A stretch of 64,000 nucleotides of DNA from Octopus sinensis (GCF_006345805.1 NC_043024.1:11160001-11224000); one strand, 5' to 3'; shown: positions 41,461-55,060, counted from the first letter of the stretch. Program-made: numbers and translations. The notes: generated by a model not told the origin, from the sequence alone.

Positions 41461-42130
41461 CTTGGTAAGGGCACCATATTCTCTAGACCTCATTTTCTAA
41501 TTGAAAAAAAGAAATAAGCAACAAAAACAAATGTGTATTCTCGTCATCCTTTCCTTATTCCTTAATTTCAAATTCAAGCTTCTAATCCCACTAAATATTG
41601 TGAAATGCTTATCTCCCTTGCATTAATTGTCCATTAGGGGGCACCACATGTTTAAATAAATATATTCAAAATAATCCAAGTCAAAGCAGTTTAACATTTT
41701 TATTCGTTTATTTTTGGAACATTTTTTTCAAACATATTTAATTTAATCTTCAAATTAAAAGCTTCTCTTTAAAAAAAGTAGGGATTTTACAAGATATTTT
41801 CTGAACATTTTTTAAAAATAACTTGTGTAGTGAATATCATTTTATTTTTCTTAAGTAATTATTATTATTATATTATTATTATTATTATTATTATTATTAG
41901 TTATTGTAAGGAGATAAAGAAATAGTAACATGAAGAACTAAATGCTTAGTATTTCAGTTCTGTCTCTATATTCTTGATGAGTTTAACTTCCAGGGACAAT
42001 ATACTTGTATTGTCCACTTCACACATGTCTCAAAATTGGACCAATGTAAATCATTAATATTGGCAGGTGCGTTAATTTCAGTTTGGTAATTTCATTAAAA
42101 AAATACACACACACACACACACATGCGCGC

Positions 42131-42161
<31 letters not shown>

Positions 42162-44309
42162 ACACACAATTTTCACAAGTTTCAGTCACTGAAATGTGAC
42201 TGTTGGAGCACATTCTCTGGGGTTTAAGTGACCACAATACATACAATGCACCGTGTCCAACCCTCTAGCCATTCTGCAACTCACCCACCTGCACAAAACA
42301 AACAAAACACACACACACACACACACAATCATTTTTGCATCCATTTCCCCATGCTGGCATGGGCTACACAAAACATTCTTAGCACAGATTTCCCCCTGAA
42401 AGATGCTCTTCCCATCACCAACTTGGGTTTTTCCCTGTATTTTTGCATCCCACTGCTGTTCACCGTCTTCCCATGATGACACATTGTACTGACACTTACG
42501 CACACATGCTCTTCTTTGCTCTTTGCCACATCACTCATGGATGCCAACTCCAACTCAAGAGCACAGTATGTCTTTCAGTTTTTGCAGCCACGGCCTTAAA
42601 CCAACCCCCAACCCATGTGCAGGGCATTTTTATGACACAACACTTATGTGGACAGCTGTTGGCTCACAATGAGCTCATCCGTCTTTTGGCAGGTCTCGTT
42701 TTTAGTCCAGAATGGCCACAACACCCTCCTCTCCTGACAAGCAAAGTGGGCGAACCAGTTTAGTTGCCAACCACCTGACCATGAAACAGGTAGGACTGGG
42801 TTTCCTGGTAACACTAGCAGGATTTTCCTGACCTGACCTCGGTGCACACATTCTCTCTCTCTCTCTCTCTCTTTGGCACACACACACACACACACACACA
42901 CAAGGGCTTCCTTGTAGCTTCTGTCTACTAATTTCATTCGCAAGGAATTGACCAGCCTAGGTCTGTAACGGAAGACACTTGCCTAAAGTATCACACAATG
43001 GGACAAGAGCCCAAAACCACACGGCTGCAAAACAAACTTCTTAACCGCAGATCCAAGTCAAGCCTGCACTTCCTTGCATGCACACACACTTATTGGTAAT
43101 TGCTTGGTAGGCAAAGATGGTGGTGTACAGCACTAAAGTTGAAACCAATAGCAGCAATGAACATAAAGTATCTACTGGGGTAACTGAATTTATAGTTTTT
43201 AAAAATCAATACTACAAGCATAAACGTTCATCATCCTTCATAATAATATCACATGGCTCCTCAAAATTTATGATTCTTATGTAAAGCCAATCTACAAATT
43301 CAAAAATTACTCTCGACAGTTGAGGGTAATGCACAGACTTATAGGAATGGTAGTTTTAGATTGAAAATCTGGTGCAACTATTGAGTGAGAATAGAAGGAT
43401 TTTGTTCCAATATAGAAATGGTTTAAGAGAACAGATTTGTTGGTACCCTGTATGTACCCAAGTGAATATCCTTTGTGGAAATGTGAGATTTCTTGACTTT
43501 CTCTCTGGTTCAGTAAAAAGACATTTATTTCAAAGTGGCAATTCTTTTCAGATAGATGTTTTTTAAAAAGTGTTTAAACAAAAGCAGAAGGTTCTTAAAT
43601 GATCTCCCTTGTAAACAATTTCCAAAAGCCATGAAAATATTTACAGAATGTTGCACAACCACAAGGGCCAGACAGCTGATAGTGCAATGGAAACATGATC
43701 TCCACTGCGACTACCAGCACCACCATGACAACGTCAACTTTTCCATGTTAACATGAGATTTACCGACGCAGAATTTCTATGGCTTGGATGTTCTTCCAGT
43801 CATCAACCCTCAGTTTTTCCTAAGCAAAGTAATATTTTTCTCCCCTAGTCCTGAGATTATTTTTTTTTACAGAAGATTGCAAACATCAGTTCTTCTACAG
43901 TGGAAGTTTGTTTGCAATTTCAAGACAAAGGAATATCCACTCACACACAACAAGCCTTATTTTCAGTTTCTGTCTACAAAATCCACTCACAAGGCCTTGG
44001 TTGGACTGGGCCACAGAAGAAAACAGTTTCTCATGGTAATGTGCCATAGGATACACTAGAAACCACATAGACACACCTGTGCCTTTGCCATTTATATAAA
44101 ATACTGCTTACATAATTTTAAAAAAAAAAGAAAAACTAACCCATGGTATTTTTACTGGAATACTTTCTTATAATATGTGAGCACAAGTTTAAAACAACCC
44201 AGCAATTTAATACACAGGTATGTATTGTCAACAGCATGAGTAACAACACGAAACTGACTGCTAATATTTTTTAGACATTCAGTTAAAATTTACTGTTAAC
44301 TGAGTGTTG

Positions 44310-44640
44310 TAGTAATTTACCACTTGGTGAGGGAGGGAGAATATATTACTTTTTAGCTTGGCTGATGTGGGCAGCTTTCACTACAGCTATCATGTCTCCT
44401 CGTAGTTAAATGCAATGTAGAATCTTGTGTGTATATATAATGTGACTACGTGTGTACAGTTGGCGATTTTTTTTTCCTCCGTCTTCCCTTCTTTGGATCT
44501 TTCCTTTTCCTAAGTTTCTGACGAAGAGCTCCGCTTGAAATGTTAAACCCTCCTTCTTTCCTGAGCGTCCAATAATACTATACTTGTTCCACGTCCTCGT
44601 GTTGTGTTTTCTCTTTGTGTTTTCATGTTTGGATTAACTA
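44310..44640 (+). mobile_element. Penelope-like element terminal remnant with hammerhead-like motif
   Basis: gtttCTGACGAagagctccgcttGAAAtgttaaac at 44514-44548 has the CTGANGA...GAAA layout found at Penelope pseudo-LTRs. Confidence 0.55.
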
Positions 44641-44668
44641 TATATATATACACACACACACCCACACA

Positions 44669-44707
<39 letters not shown>

Positions 44708-45419
44708 CCATTTCTCCTCTATATATTATCTACTAAAAAGGACAAATAATTAGGTGTTGTAAAACCTCTTTGAAAGGAAAATGTAAACAAACAAAACTTC
44801 TCTATTTATAAGTAAGAAATAATTTCCTAAAAGCTGAGCGAAAAATAAACATCCAACGTTATTTTACTATAATCAATATTCCTAATTTCAGCTGTATTTA
44901 GTGAATTGCAACTTCGAGAAAAATATATAATATATATTTATACATTTTATATCTGAAAATAAATGGTGTTTTTTTAAATCATACCAATATGAAAAATAAC
45001 ATGAAAAATTTTTTTAAAATTAAATCCTGCTTACAACAGAAAACATTCATAGAAAAATTAATAATCATTTTAGCAGTTCAATAGTAACAACTCAGTAGAT
45101 ATTCATAACTTTTAAATAAAATTGTTTCTAACCAACACACTTGGAACTGCTTCTGGTTTTTTCAAGAATATCTCATTTTAAAAATGTTTATATCTAAATT
45201 CAAACTATCATCATTTTATGTAATAACCTTTTAAATACGATATGCTCCAAGTATCAACTCAATACTGACAAAGTTATTTCATTAAATCTTTCCAAATTCT
45301 TGATTCTTTCCCAAATTAATTGAAGTACACAAGCAGTGGATTTCGTTAGAAATATAGTGCAAAAGAGTTAAAATAGACAGGAAAGCCCATACATATATCT
45401 ATGTTGTTTTTGTTTAATT

Positions 45420-45740
45420 CTATGAGACAACACGAGAAAGAAAGTTGTAAATCTAGTTGAGTTAACAGTTCCTCATGAAGATAACATGGACACCGCTCAA
45501 GCTCAAAAGATTGACCATTATGTAAACTTCCTGAGGAATGTGAAGATGCAGGCTGGAAAGCAGAGCATTTTCCAATCGAAGTTGGATGTAGAGAGGGTTC
45601 GTTGGACACAGTGTGAGACGACTGTTGTTATCGTTAGGCCTAACTCATCGTAAAGTCAATACCACCATGACCAATATCCAAACTACAATGGAGAAGGCTA
45701 GCCACTGGATTTGGTTAAAAAGGGACGATGAGCAATGGCT
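45420..45740 (+). mobile_element. second decayed HERO/NeSL-like REL endonuclease fragment
   Basis: KKVVNLVELTVPHEDNMDTAQAQKIDHY, then after a frameshift EECEDAGWKAEHFPIEVGCR. ELTVP.E and FP.EVGCRG are REL motifs. Confidence 0.8.
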
Positions 45741-46009
45741 AGAGAAATACTGAGCTTTATTTAATAACCAGTTGATCTAGCAAGCGGGGCCTCAAATCAG
45801 TGAGGGGCACCGGTGCACATGAATGCTGATGACCCCATACACTTGCTAGCTTCTGGTATGTGGAGTTCTTGACTGGTAGCACTTGCATGTGGAGGTTGTT
45901 TGCAAGACATCTGCAGAAAAGACAACTGAGAATCTATTCAAGAATACGAGAGCAAGAAAAGAAATGGCTTCAGGCACTAATAAGTCCTGTCATATTTATA
46001 TACAGGTTC

Positions 46010-46420
46010 AAGCATGGCTATGTGGTTGAGAAGCTCCTTTTGATTTTGGAACTACATGGTTTTAAGTTCAGTCCCACTGAGCAGCACCTTGCGTAAGTGT
46101 CTTCTATTATAGCCCCAGGCCAACCAATACCTTGTGGGAAAATCTGGCAGCTGGAAAAGCTTATTTATATTTTGCAAATGTGTGTGTGTCTTTGTGTCTG
46201 TATCTGCCATCCCCACCACTACCGCTTGACAACCACTGTTGGTTTGTTTATGTCCCTGTAACTTAGCAGTTCAAAGAAATAGGCTGAGAATATAAGTAGC
46301 AGATTTTAAAACAGAAAACAAGTACTGGGGTCAGTTTGTTTAACTAAAACCCTTCAGGGCCGTACCCCAGTTTGACCATAGTCCTATGACTGAAACAAGT
46401 AAAAGATGATACACACACAC
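46010..46420 (+). mobile_element. decayed SINE, family B
   Basis: Head caagcatggctatgtggttgagaag...agttcagtcccactg and tail ...ccccagtttgaccatagtcctatgactgaaacaagtaaaaga. Confidence 0.7.
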
Positions 46421-46486
46421 TCATTTCCTGGAAATTAGTGGAGTACTCAGCTTTTCTTTTTCTTTTTTTTATGTCATTATCCATGC

Positions 46487-46533
<47 letters not shown>

Positions 46534-48289
46534 ATACAAAGAAAAGAAAAGTGCAACCACTGCATTATGTAGAGTTTATGCAATATTTGTAAGTGTCCGG
46601 TTGGTGGCACTTGTTACTCAGACTTTCATAGGCATCAACAGATCTCTAATCAAACCAGTCAGCTGTCCACAGGAAATGAAGCCTTATCCATATTCAATAA
46701 GATTTACCCTTTGTGTATGTTATGTGTGTGTGTGTGTTGCATTTGTATCTTGAGGTAAGTTTGAATTTTCCAACAAGGCAATGTTTTCCTCACTTCAGTC
46801 GTCATTGTTTAACGTTTGTTTGCCATGCTGACAAGAAGAAGAGTTGGACGGTTTGGCAGGAGCTGGCCAAGTCAGAAGACAGCACCAAGCTTTGTTGTCT
46901 GCTTTTGGCATCGAATCTATAGCTGGATGCTCCACTTCCTAATGCCAACCACTTTACAGAGTGTGCTGGGTGCTTATTATGTGGCACCAGCAGCAGTGAG
47001 GTCACCAAGCAACATGCAGGACAAGACACCTCAACGGAAGAGGAAAGAAGTATTGAGGGAGAAAAAAAGGTATTTTGCTCTAGAGGAGATGGAGATGGAG
47101 AGAGTGAAGAGAGGGAAGTGAAGAGAGAAGAGAAGAGAGAGATATGAAGATGTGAGAGGGAAGGAGCAGAGATTGTACATGCAAGCCACAGGGAGGTGTA
47201 TATAATGAAGTGAACCAGGGAGGGCAATTGGGTAGATTCACAAGATTGCAAAAGGAGAGCGGAAGCTGGTGGGGGGTGTAATGAGCGGGCACAAGTAGAG
47301 AGTGGGGTGTTAGTATTAAAATAACATAATAAAAAAGCAATGTATGTGCATGCATTTAAATGTATTTGCCACTACATCAGGTGTCTATGACATCTATTCG
47401 TTTAAAGGCTACAAAAGGTATGATTCAAGGGTGACTTGGCTGCAGTTTCTAGCAAGTTGAGAAAAGCACTCACAGAAAACTACTTTCAAAGGCCCAGCAT
47501 ACCACAGGGCACAACAGCGACCACTGTTCAGTGAAATTACAGAAGGATCAATGGTTAGTGTGTTAGCTGACAATAAGCTGTCCAAATGAACACAGCATGA
47601 AAAAAACAAATCAGTCTTCCATGAAGTTCCTCTGGCCCAATGGTCACAAAACCAACCAAATGTCCACTAAAGCAAATTTCTATCATTCCAGTATGTAGTC
47701 TTTAATATCACATGAGGTGGAATGCTTGAAGTTAAGGTGCTACAGACTTGCTCGTGTGGTAAAGAGTGTAAAATTTATACCAGATATATATTTGTCTTTC
47801 ATTTGTTTCAGTCTGCTAAGCTGACAACAGGCACCACTCCCACGTTTTACAGGTTAGCAGAAATAAGCACACACAGCTGCAAAAATAATTCCTAGCTAGC
47901 TTACAGAAATAGATATTAAAATAAAACAAAAAGAAAAACAAAAACCTAGATTTTATGAGATAACCTAATATTATTATAGAAGGATCCCACGAAGTTACAA
48001 AGAAATCACAGCAATATAAAAATAAAGCAATTTGTTGTGTAAATAATTATAGATTCAGAACCCTGATTAATGAATAAAATTAAATTATTTCAGAATAAAA
48101 TCTATTTCTTTGTAAAAACTAGATGTCATCCCAACAGCATGCGGAGGTTTTATGCTGTAGTTTCACTTCGTGGTCATCATCTCTAGACAGCAAAATACAA
48201 AGTTGCGGACAGAATGGACTGGTACCTTAGTATAGCTACCTAATCCATTATGTAATCCAACAACTATTCTAAAATATCTGGAGTAGTTT

Positions 48290-48684
48290 ACTCTCTCTTT
48301 ACTCTTTTACTTGTTTCTGTCATTTGACTGCGGCCATGCTGGAGCACCGCCTTTAGTTGAGCAAATCGACCCCGGGACTTATTCTTTGTAAGCCCAGTAC
48401 TTATTCTATTGGTCTCTTTTTGCCAAACCGCTAAGTGACAGGGACGTAAACACACCAGCATCGGTTGTCAAGCAATGCTAGGGGGACAAACACACAAACA
48501 CATACATATATATATATATACATATATACGACAGGCTTCTTTCAGTTTCCGTCTACCAAATCCACTCACAAGGCATTGGTCGGCCCAGGGCGATAGCAGA
48601 AGACACTTGCCCAAGATGCCACGCAGTGGGACTGAACCCGGAACCATGTGGTTGGTTAGCAAGCTACTTACCACACAGCTACTC
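48290..48684 (-). mobile_element. full-length tRNA-derived SINE, family B (CORE-like gcaccttgggcaagtg segment, internal CA/TA microsatellite)
   Basis: Head agtagctgtgtggtaagtagcttg...ggttccgggttcagtcccactgcgtggca and tail ...ctccagcatggccgcagtcaaatgac...aagtaaaagag. Confidence 0.85.
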
Positions 48685-50376
48685 TTTTTTTTTACAGATA
48701 TTAGGTATTTAGAATAGAATATAAAATATAATCAAAGGTGTTAAGTGCCTAATTATGAAGAAAGGTTTAAACTTTAATATGGACATTTTATCGCAAGTAG
48801 AAGTAGTCCCAAGGATAAAAAATCTACAAAACCCAGAGTGTACTTTACAACATACACCTTTATAGTCTGTGGCAGTCCATAGTAAATTTCAAAGTTTTTA
48901 TTTCCTCAATCCCAAGGTACCTCAAGAATTTAGCAAAGCTTTGCCCGAGTGGGAGTTAAGTTTAAGGGAGGTAAGTGGGGAACCATCAAATCTAAAAATA
49001 AAAACGTGCATTAGTGTAATAGGGCAGGATATCAAATACCAGCCTAAATACGATTTAGTAGTGCAATGGTAGTGAAGTTTCTAGTCCTGCCCCTTTATGT
49101 TGGGAGTTGAAAATCTCACCTTGATCAACACTGTCTCTCATTTCTATAAGTAACACTCATATACCCTGGACAATTCATTCAACTCCACTCTTTGTAAAAA
49201 TGTCAGACCAACTCCCATCCAAGAGATTATTTTATGTAACAACTGTTTTATGGGTGCTTTTTTTTCTTTTTACAGAAGAAAAGGTTTCTTTAACCTTTTG
49301 ACATTCAGATTGCTCCATTAAATGTAAAGCTTATTTATTCGCATTGTTTTGAATTAATCATGCATTGTCTCATAGCTTTGAGGTGAAGTGATTTATTTTA
49401 AGAAGGACATTGCAGGGCAGGTGTGAGAGTTCAAATGTGGATGATCTGAACGTAAAGCAGGTAGAAAGAATATTTGGCCCAGATATGGCCAGTTGAAATT
49501 CTAAAGGATTAATAAAGGTTATGGTGAAATGAAAGAGTGAAAGTAGATTCCAAATTAAATATTTTGAAGAAAACATATAACAAAGTCCTTCTGAAGGGAT
49601 TTAGTAAAGTAACGACTTTTATTATTCGGTATTTAGAAATATAATCAAAGGTGTTAAGTGCCTAATTATGAAGAAAGGTTTAACTTTAATATGGACATTT
49701 TATCCCAGAAGTAGAAATAGTCCCATGGGGGGGGGGGGGGTCATATAAATTTTTTTTTAGAGAAATAACAAAGAAAGTATTAATCGCAAAAGATTATAGG
49801 AATGTCAGATTAGACTTTGAACATGAAAAATTGAAGATTTTAAGTAAACAGTTGAAAAATAATTTTAAAAGATAAACCAACAATTTGAGAGGGTTAGGGT
49901 GACAGGATTTGTCAAGGTCAGTTATAGTAGAAAAACTATTAGTGGCACCTGGGGCAGAAAAGTTAAGGCTGCATAGTTAAAGTACAGAAAGCAACTTTGA
50001 AAGCAAATTTTTCAAGTATTTTTGGTTTAGCCCTAATTTTTGGATGTCTAAATATCTGAGAAGAGTGTTAATAAAATTCCTTAAGGATTATGAGATAAAT
50101 TCAAGGTCTAAGATTCCAAAGATGCTAAATTGATATAATAGATCAAGATCTAAAGTGCTGACAGATTCTTTCAATGAAATAATGGGGGATGTCAAGTTGA
50201 TGTTTTAAACTCTTTAAACTTCCTACTTAAGTTATTATTGCTGGCCACTGCTACCATGCTGAGACACCAGACTTACATCTGATGTTCTACAACATAATAA
50301 GAGTACCAAGACCATGTCATCAGATTGATGTTAATGGCAGAGGCAGACAACATGGAACTGAGAGCCTACTAAAGCC

Positions 50377-50725
50377 ATCATCATCATCGTTTAATGTCCG
50401 CTTTCCATACTAGCATGGGTTGGACGGTTCGACCGGGATATGGGAAGCCAGAAGGCTGCACCAGGCTCCAGTCTGATCTGGCAGAGTTTCTACAGCTGGA
50501 TGCCCTTCCTAACGTCAACCACTCTGTGAGTGTAGTGGGTGCTTTTTACGTGCCACCGGCACAGAAGCCAGTCAAGGCGGCGCTGGCATCGGCCACGTTC
50601 GGATGGTGCTTTTTACGTGCCACCGGCACAGGGATCACAACTACAATTTCCATTGATTTTTGATGTTGATGTCCTTGACTCAATGGGTCTCCTCAAGCAA
50701 AGGGTCGAAACCTATGTCAGACATG
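50377..50725 (-). mobile_element. (GAT)n-tailed retroposon 3' end (RTE-partner SINE-like)
   Basis: catcatcatcgtttaatgtccgctttccat.ctagcatgggttggacgg...ggatgcccttcctaacg.caaccact. Further copies occur at ~22975-23090, ~28060-28310 and ~60030-60320. Confidence 0.75.
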
Positions 50726-50785
50726 CTTTTCACAGATAATTGGCAACAAACAACAATGCTTGTTTACAACCATGTCAAGACAAGG

Positions 50786-50901
<116 letters not shown>

Positions 50902-52186
50902 ATGCGTGTGCACACATAAAAATTTACAACTATATATATATGACAGGCTTCTTTCAGTTTCCACCTACCAGATCCACTCAGAAGGCATTCATCAATCCAG
51001 GGCTATAGTAGAAGACGCTTGCCCAAGTTGCCACACAGTGGGATTGAACCCAAGACCACATGGTTGAGAAGCTATCTTCCAGCTCACAGAGCCACACCTG
51101 AGCCTTCAGAGAGTAGTTTCAATTTACAAGCCCCTGGGTTATGGGGCAGCACAATTTCCTGCCCGGCTCTGTAAATAAACATCTTTCCACTAGTTTAACT
51201 TTCCAAAATCAAGAAAGAAAATTAGTCACCCAAAAGTGACTTAATATTGATTTTTAAATTAATACGGAGCAGTAATTTGCAGGGAAGGGAGCAGGAGTCG
51301 CTTGAATTCGAAGCCACATATGACAGTACTTATTTTGTTCCATCCCAGTGGAATGAAAGGCAGGATGTAATTAATTCAAAATGATGCCCATTTTTCACTT
51401 CTCACCAATTCTTATATCATTAATGAAAATAAAAAAATATTAACAAAAAAAAAAACACCCAGACATTCCTTGAAAAATCTTCCTCCAAACCTTGTCAATA
51501 TTATTATATAAAGGACCACGTTTTTTTTTTATAAAAGAGGGGAAAATAGACCAAGTGACATTCATATCTCTCTAAAGAGCATTAGCACCTCAAGTGAAGT
51601 TAATTGGCTTCAAACAGGGAAGCAAACACATGGAGGGGGAGCAGAGGGGGAGGAAGGTAGCTTACCTCTCACTTTACAGCTGCTCATCATAGTATTTTGA
51701 ATGTGTGTGTGTGCATGCATGTGTATATAAATATATACATACACACACACATATACATACACACACACATATACACACACACATATATATACATACACAC
51801 ACACACATATATACACAGTACACTTTATATCCTTCATGTGTCATATAATACCTACTACCATCATCATCATCATCATCATCATCACCAAGGTCACAGTAGA
51901 ATTTACATTGCAAATTCCAGTCAGACATTCTTTTTCTCAGCTAAGAATATTCTATTACACACACACACACCACACACACACACACACACACACGTATACA
52001 CTCGCTCACACAGCAACTGCTGCTGCTGCTGTTATTATTATTGTTATTGTAATTAATATTTTCTTCGATAGCTTTATTTTCAGGTTTTAGATTTCTTTCC
52101 TAATTGCAAGTACTCTTTCATTTTGAGGAGGGAAAAAAGAGGTGATGGAGTACAGCTTCCCCCCCTCCTTAACCCAGTATATTTAC

Positions 52187-52272
52187 CAGCAACAAATAGC
52201 AACCGCATCTCTTTTGTGGGTATCAGCAGGTTAAACGATTCAACAGAAAAAATAGCATCTGAATCTTCAATA
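52187..52272 (-). other. candidate 86-nt exon (open only as [28 protein letters not shown]; stop-containing in the boule phase-1 frame)
   Basis: Acceptor ccattccctctttttcag|TA and donor CTG|gtaaat. The other two frames contain TGA. Confidence 0.35.
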
Positions 52273-52372
52273 CTGAAAAAGAGGGAATGGTCAAGGATGG
52301 AACGTCTTTGATTGTAAGTCTGCTAAACAACTACAACAACAATTGGACTAAAAAAACACACAAACCAACTGA

Positions 52373-52390
52373 TATATATATATGTGTGTG

Positions 52391-52422
<32 letters not shown>

Positions 52423-52502
52423 TATATGTGTATATATATATATGTATATATATATATGTATATGTATATATATGTATATATATGTGTATATATATATATA
52501 TA

Positions 52503-52600
<98 letters not shown>

Positions 52601-52617
52601 ATATATATATATATATG
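52373..52617. repeat. compound (TA)n/(TG)n microsatellite
   Basis: Read directly from the sequence. Confidence 0.95.
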
Positions 52618-52619
52618 CA

Positions 52620-52875
52620 CAGGCATGGTTTAGAAGTCTCCTTGTGGCTCTCTCGTGTGTGTGTGTGTGTGTGTTCCTCACCACCGTTTGTCAACTGGTA
52701 TTGGTCTATGCCACTATAGCATAGCAGTTCAGCAAAAAGAGATCAACAGAATAAGATCAAGGTTTCAAAAAAAAAAAAAGAAAGAAAAAGGAGTACTGGG
52801 GCTGATTTTTTGATGAAACCCTTCAGAGTGGTGCTGTAGCATGGCCACAGTCCAATGAAAGACAAAAGATAAAAA
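52620..52875 (+). mobile_element. decayed, 5'-truncated SINE, family B
   Basis: Body ccaccgtttgtcaactgg and tail gtggtgctgtagcatggccacagtccaatga. Confidence 0.65.
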
Positions 52876-53186
52876 GTATAGAAAATAGACAAGAGCCACA
52901 AAGGAATTCCGTGTGGTAATTCTGCCAGTTAGAAATAACAACCAAATCTTCATTATATCACATGCTCTATCTTAAAAAAAAATGGGTACATTAAATAATG
53001 TGTCTGAGATTTACTATGTTTGAAAGGCGGGGGATGGGGGGAGAAGGTCATTGCTGGAATGCTTTGATCATTAACCTCTTGAATCAGAGCTGAACAAACA
53101 ACTGAAAAAGCACGTTGGTGTTATCTCTGTAAACCAGGTTCCCGTCGGTTACAAACCTAACAGTGAAATAAGTTGGAGATTCTTAC

Positions 53187-53204
53187 TTTTTATTGATCTC
53201 CAAT
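53187..53204 (-). CDS. candidate 18-nt symmetric microexon (DWRSIK in the boule frame)
   Basis: Long poly-T then gtaactttctttcaag|ATTGGAGATCAATAAAAA|gtaaga. Length is a multiple of 3 and it is stop-free in phase 1. Confidence 0.45.
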
Positions 53205-53329
53205 CTTGAAAGAAAGTTACAAAAAAAAAAAAAAGAAAATATGTGAAATTAGAAGGAATTTAAAAACATTTGTTTCTCTTTTTTATAATTAATTTTCAAT
53301 ATAAAAGTTGTGATATGTTTCATCTTTTT

Positions 53330-53680
53330 TATCTTTTTTCTTTTGCTTGTTTCAGTCACAGGGCTGTGGCCATGCTGGTGCACCACTTCAAAGGGTTTAG
53401 CTGAACAAATCAACCCCCGGCACTCTTTTGCCAAACTGCAAGTTACAGGGATGTAAACAAACCAACACTGGTTGTCAGTAATGAAGGAGGACACACTCAC
53501 ACATACACACACCAGGCTTCCATGTAGTTTCTGTCTACAAAATCCATTCACAAGACATTGCTCAACTCAGGCCTATAGTAGAAGACACTTGCCCATGGCG
53601 CCCTGCAGTAGGACTGAACCCAAAACCACATGGTTGCCAAGTGAGCTTCTTAACTACACATCCTTACCTGCACCTGTGTA
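53330..53680 (-). mobile_element. decayed SINE, family B
   Basis: gtttcagtcacagggctgtggccatgctgg...agaagacacttgcccatgg...ggactgaacccaaaaccacatgg. Confidence 0.7.
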
Positions 53681-55026
53681 ACCATGCCCCTGTCTACAGT
53701 CCTATTGTTCAATAAGGATTTCTTTTCACAAGGCACAAAGGCCTTTATATGGCAAGCTGTTCCATTTGTGCTTTTGCAAAACTGTTGAAATTTAATCTAA
53801 ACTGTATTGTGGTCTCTGCAGGAGTTTAGTTCTTGCCCTCGTATACTTATTACTAAGAGCTAATAACTTGAAGCAGGTCAAATAACTGCACAAAGGCTCT
53901 CTCTCTCAATTTCCTTTTTTATTTGAAACCATAATTAATAAACTAAGCTGTAATTTTATACAGCAAGTTATGGCGCTAATCTAAAATGAGGAAATAGAGA
54001 GCTAATAAGGCAATATTAGAAAACGCTTTTGCAATTATCAGGGACATAAGCATCTGGTATGTATTTTCAATTGACACAAGTTCACTTTTCTTATACCTTT
54101 TTTTTTTTTTTTTGAAAAAAAATGTATGAACATCTTATATTCATTCCAGCAAAATAAGAAAAAAAAAACTTTTGGGCCTAGTAAAAACAAAAAACAACAA
54201 AACAATATAAGCAATCTATTCATCATGCTTAAATAGCAGAGAAGGATATTCACGCAGCAATTATGTTAATTAATAAAAACAAAAAACATGCACTTCTGCC
54301 AAGTGCAAAACAATACTAAGAGACAGAAGCAGCAGTCACAGATATTTTACACCTGTTCAGTTTTTAATTGACACATTTCAAGGCTGAGATGGGAGGAGGG
54401 GGGGGGGTACTAACGGATCCGTTAGCGAGATGGTGTTTATGGGCGAGGAAGATAATGTTGGGAAGATGATGAAATAAACATCAGAGATGCTTCACCCCAA
54501 GTGAACTCAGGGGTATTGCAAGCTTTTTTTTAAACCTCACTGCAAGCGTTTCACCCCTTAGCTTTTATGCTTCACCTGAGTTGGGGCAGCAAGAACTTTT
54601 CTCACCTTTCTGCCTCGTGTTACCACAGCTTAATGGCCAACCAGGTTATAAAGTGTACTGGATGCATTTAATCATGGCACCAACACAAGATTGTTTCCCT
54701 AAATGGGATTAAGCAAATATGGATAGAAGTGGACATGGGTTGTAAAGACTTTTTGTTTACCCCTACAAATGAGATGTGACCAGGTAGACTAATTACCTGC
54801 AAAAGCACACAAGCTGAGGCTATCTTTCTTTTTGTCTAGTTAGCAACAGTGTCTATAGGGGTCATTCTGTGATGTCATCTGTCCAAAGCGATGTAATCAT
54901 CAGCAACATGAACAGTTATTTCAATTCTGTTTAAAGCACCTTGGATATGCGTTTTCTGCTATAGCCCCAGGCCAACCAATGCCTTGTGAGTGACTTTGGT
55001 AAATGGAAACTGTGTAGAAGCCCATC

Positions 55027-55060
<34 letters not shown>

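Noticed and set aside
42019-42100. Minus-strand peptide IYIGPILRHV resembling NIGPAIRKQ
   Set aside because: It is followed directly by a stop, with no acceptor or phase-compatible donor, and upstream residues do not match the RRM.
45346-45609. 87-aa minus-strand ORF
   Set aside because: It is antisense to the REL-endonuclease LINE fragment on the plus strand.
52123-52311. Plus-strand peptide NRISFVGI resembling the Boule RNP2 NRIFVGGI
   Set aside because: It is on the wrong strand for the boule exons and has no surrounding RRM residues or splice sites.
54607-54658. Segment with a strong donor (AAG|gtgaga) and a possible acceptor on the minus strand
   Set aside because: It has stops in all three frames and a poor polypyrimidine tract.
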